16,887 nucleotides of DNA from Bdellovibrionia bacterium (lineage in GTDB: Bacteria; Bdellovibrionota; UBA1018). Each line of letters starts with the position of its first letter. Within the stretch, counting starts at the first letter, position 1. Below are positions 14,857 through 16,887 of the stretch, one piece after another. The notes beneath the pieces are model-generated. The model did not search any database, was not told where the DNA came from, and saw nothing but the letters and a program-made list of their open reading frames with translations. The stretch spans positions 1 through 16,887 of the forward strand of contig JBMSSC010000055.1 of assembly GCA_049424145.1 (NCBI GenBank). The letters run 5' to 3'. A program made the translations under genes and the position numbers.

Positions 14857-15153
14857 CTAAAAATCCACGTTGACCACTTCAACCACGACATCCCCGCGCA
14901 CTTGCGCCTGGCATCCCAGGCGGGATTGAGGGGCAAGCTCCAAGCCCCGCTCCATGCGCTCCGCCTCTTCGTCTTCGATGGGCGAGAGGTTCTCTGCTCC
15001 CGACTTCACCAGCACATGGCAAGTGGTGCAGGCACAAAACCCCCCGCACGCATGTTGAATGGGGATGTCATGCTCAATGGCCACATCCAAAAGACTCTCA
15101 CCCGTCTTGGCCTCGACGGTCTGGTTCATGGGCAGAAATGTGACTTTTGGCAT
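14857..15153 (-). CDS. fdx: 2Fe-2S ferredoxin, ISC/adrenodoxin type
   Basis: MPKVTFLP, HACGGFCACTTCH (C-x5-C-x2-C) and SRLGCQA. Directly downstream of the hscA-like gene. Confidence 0.93.
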   Translation of the reverse strand: MPKVTFLPMNQTVEAKTGESLLDVAIEHDIPIQHACGGFCACTTCHVLVKSGAENLSPIEDEEAERMERGLELAPQSRLGCQAQVRGDVVVEVVNVDF

Positions 15154-15171
15154 CTGAGTTCTCCTTTGAGG

Positions 15172-16887
15172 TTAAATTTTCTTTTCGTCCGCCTGGGCAT
15201 TGAGCGTTTCTCGAATCAAAAGCTCAGCCAAGCGCACAGTGAGTTGATTGAGTCGAGTGGTATCATCCACGATCACATCGGCCTGATCTTGAGCCATCGA
15301 CTCCTTAAGCTTCTCAACGGCTTGTTGAATGATCTGAATTTCCTGCGGGGATAGCACACGTTGAGCCTCATCCATTTTCTTTTCCACTGCTCTTAATACG
15401 GGCTCCGCTTTATTCTTCACCTCGACTAAACGCCGATACTCGATATCTGAGGCTGCGTTCTCAGCACTGGAGAGCAGCATTCGCTCCACTTCTTCATCCG
15501 TCAGTCCAAAGCTCGGCTTCACTTCAATGATTTGCTCTTTTCCTGAGGCTTGATCCTTAGCTGCCACCTGAAGAATCCCATCCGCATCGATTAAAAAAGT
15601 CACCTCCACTCGAGGCATCCCTGCCGGCTGAGGAGCAATCCCTTTTAACTTAAACTGAGCCAAGCTGCGATTGTCACTGACTCGCTCCCGTTCTCCTTGA
15701 AGGACATGGATATCCACGGCCGTCTGATGATCCACAAAAGTCGTGAACACTTCTCGAGCCACGGTGGGAATGCGCGTATTCCTGGGAATCAAAGGCGACA
15801 TGAGCCCACCATAAGTCTCCAAACCCAGCGTAAGAGGCACCACATCTAAGAGCAGAAAGTCCCGATTATTGCCGGCTAAGATATCAGCCTGAATGGCTGC
15901 TCCCTGGGCCACCACTTCATCCGGATGTAGCGAGGCATTCGGAACTCGCCCAAACACGGAGTGAACAAAGTTTTGAACGGCTTTTAATCGAGTTGGACCG
16001 CCCACCAAGACCACATCCGAGAGGTCTTCCGGATTGAGCCCTGCGTCTTTTAAAGCAGAAAGGCAAGGCCCTCGCGTGCGCTCTAAAAGGGGCAAGATCC
16101 TCTGCTCAAACTCGGATTGAGTCCAACGCCGTTGGTAAAGACCCTGGCCAAGCTGGACTTCAAGTGTGGCCTCAGGGTGCTCGGACAAGGCAATCTTCGT
16201 CTGCTCGGCCGCTTGCAGTACGGCTGCTTTCAGATGCAGATTCTCCCTCAGTTGAATTCCAAACTGACTTTGAATCTCCTCTGCAGCCACTTGAAAAATC
16301 ACACCATCCAAATCATCGCCTCCTAGGGCCGTGTCCCCTTGAGTGGCTAGGACTTGAAAAATCCCATCCTTCAGCTTCAAAATCGAGAGGTCAAACGTTC
16401 CCCCCCCTAAATCGTAAACGGCAATTAAGCCCTGACGCTTCCGATCAAGCCCATAAGCGAGCGAAGCTGCGGTGGGCTCATTGAGAATTCTTAAGACCTC
16501 AAGACCTGCAATGCGACCTGCCGCACGCGTGGCTTGTCGTTGAGCATCGTTAAAGTACGCAGGCACGGTGATTACGGCTTTTTTCACTTCACACCCTAAG
16601 GCCTCTTGCGCCATCTGCTTGAGCTCTTTTAAGATCCAAGCAGAGATCTCAATCACCGAGTAGGCTTTTTCCCCCACTTGAATGCACAGTCCTTCGGAGC
16701 CTCCGTCTTCAGAGCGCATCCCCACAATCTCGTAAGGAAGATTCTGAGAGAGTTGACTTAAATCGCCTAAACCTCGACCCAGTAGCCGCTTGACCGAAAA
16801 CACGGTTTGAGCCGCATCCTGGACTTTGCGTTTTTTGGCCTGAACTCCAACCACAGGAGCGCCTTCAGCAAAAGACACCACCGAGGG
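15172..16887 (-). CDS. hscA: Fe-S assembly Hsp70 chaperone HscA; 5'-partial
   Basis: Hsp70 motifs [28 protein letters not shown] and LGGDD. HscA-like signatures [32 protein letters not shown] and VKPSFGL; short C-terminus; adjacent fdx. The frame stays open to the window edge (PSVVSF), so the true start lies beyond 16887. Confidence 0.85.
   Translation of the reverse strand, partial: PSVVSFAEGAPVVGVQAKKRKVQDAAQTVFSVKRLLGRGLGDLSQLSQNLPYEIVGMRSEDGGSEGLCIQVGEKAYSVIEISAWILKELKQMAQEALGCEVKKAVITVPAYFNDAQRQATRAAGRIAGLEVLRILNEPTAASLAYGLDRKRQGLIAVYDLGGGTFDLSILKLKDGIFQVLATQGDTALGGDDLDGVIFQVAAEEIQSQFGIQLRENLHLKAAVLQAAEQTKIALSEHPEATLEVQLGQGLYQRRWTQSEFEQRILPLLERTRGPCLSALKDAGLNPEDLSDVVLVGGPTRLKAVQNFVHSVFGRVPNASLHPDEVVAQGAAIQADILAGNNRDFLLLDVVPLTLGLETYGGLMSPLIPRNTRIPTVAREVFTTFVDHQTAVDIHVLQGERERVSDNRSLAQFKLKGIAPQPAGMPRVEVTFLIDADGILQVAAKDQASGKEQIIEVKPSFGLTDEEVERMLLSSAENAASDIEYRRLVEVKNKAEPVLRAVEKKMDEAQRVLSPQEIQIIQQAVEKLKESMAQDQADVIVDDTTRLNQLTVRLAELLIRETLNAQADEKKI

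Noticed and set aside
2301..16484. Remaining short (60-150 aa) ORFs nested in or antisense to the main genes
   Set aside because: They overlap well-supported CDSs and show no recognisable motifs.
15172..16887. Annotation as dnaK, or as an N-terminally truncated Hsp70 pseudogene
   Set aside because: HscA-like signatures and the adjacent fdx favour hscA, and the missing N-terminus is explained by the window edge.

Overview
Bacterial chromosomal window, roughly 50% GC by eye. Gene content suggests a Bdellovibrionota/Oligoflexia- or myxobacteria-like organism (inference only). Left to right: (1) a minus-strand, probably exported RCC1/BLIP-II-like repeat protein with seven repeats (<1..1286), missing from the ORF track because it runs off the edge; (2) an ~835-bp intergenic region with an AT-rich part and a pairing-rich part that ends in an intrinsic-terminator-like hairpin with a complementary upstream antiterminator candidate; (3) a VAT-1/quinone oxidoreductase-like MDR enzyme; (4) a GldA/GldF/GldG-like ABC module followed by a DUF4340-like gene and a zinc-ribbon/Yip1-like gene; (5) a short neprilysin (M13)-like HExxH metallopeptidase and a small lipoprotein; (6) a tdk / UPRTase-like / hpt salvage cluster, then an HddA-like GHMP kinase and a DUF429-like protein; (7) on the minus strand, the end of an ISC-type cluster (partial hscA, fdx). 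I saw no tRNA, rRNA, CRISPR array or mobile element. Best leads: the putative RNA switch upstream of the oxidoreductase, the cap-reduced M13 peptidase, the atypical UPRTase, the altered DUF429 protein and the mosaic RCC1 repeats. All were found by eye and need computational confirmation.
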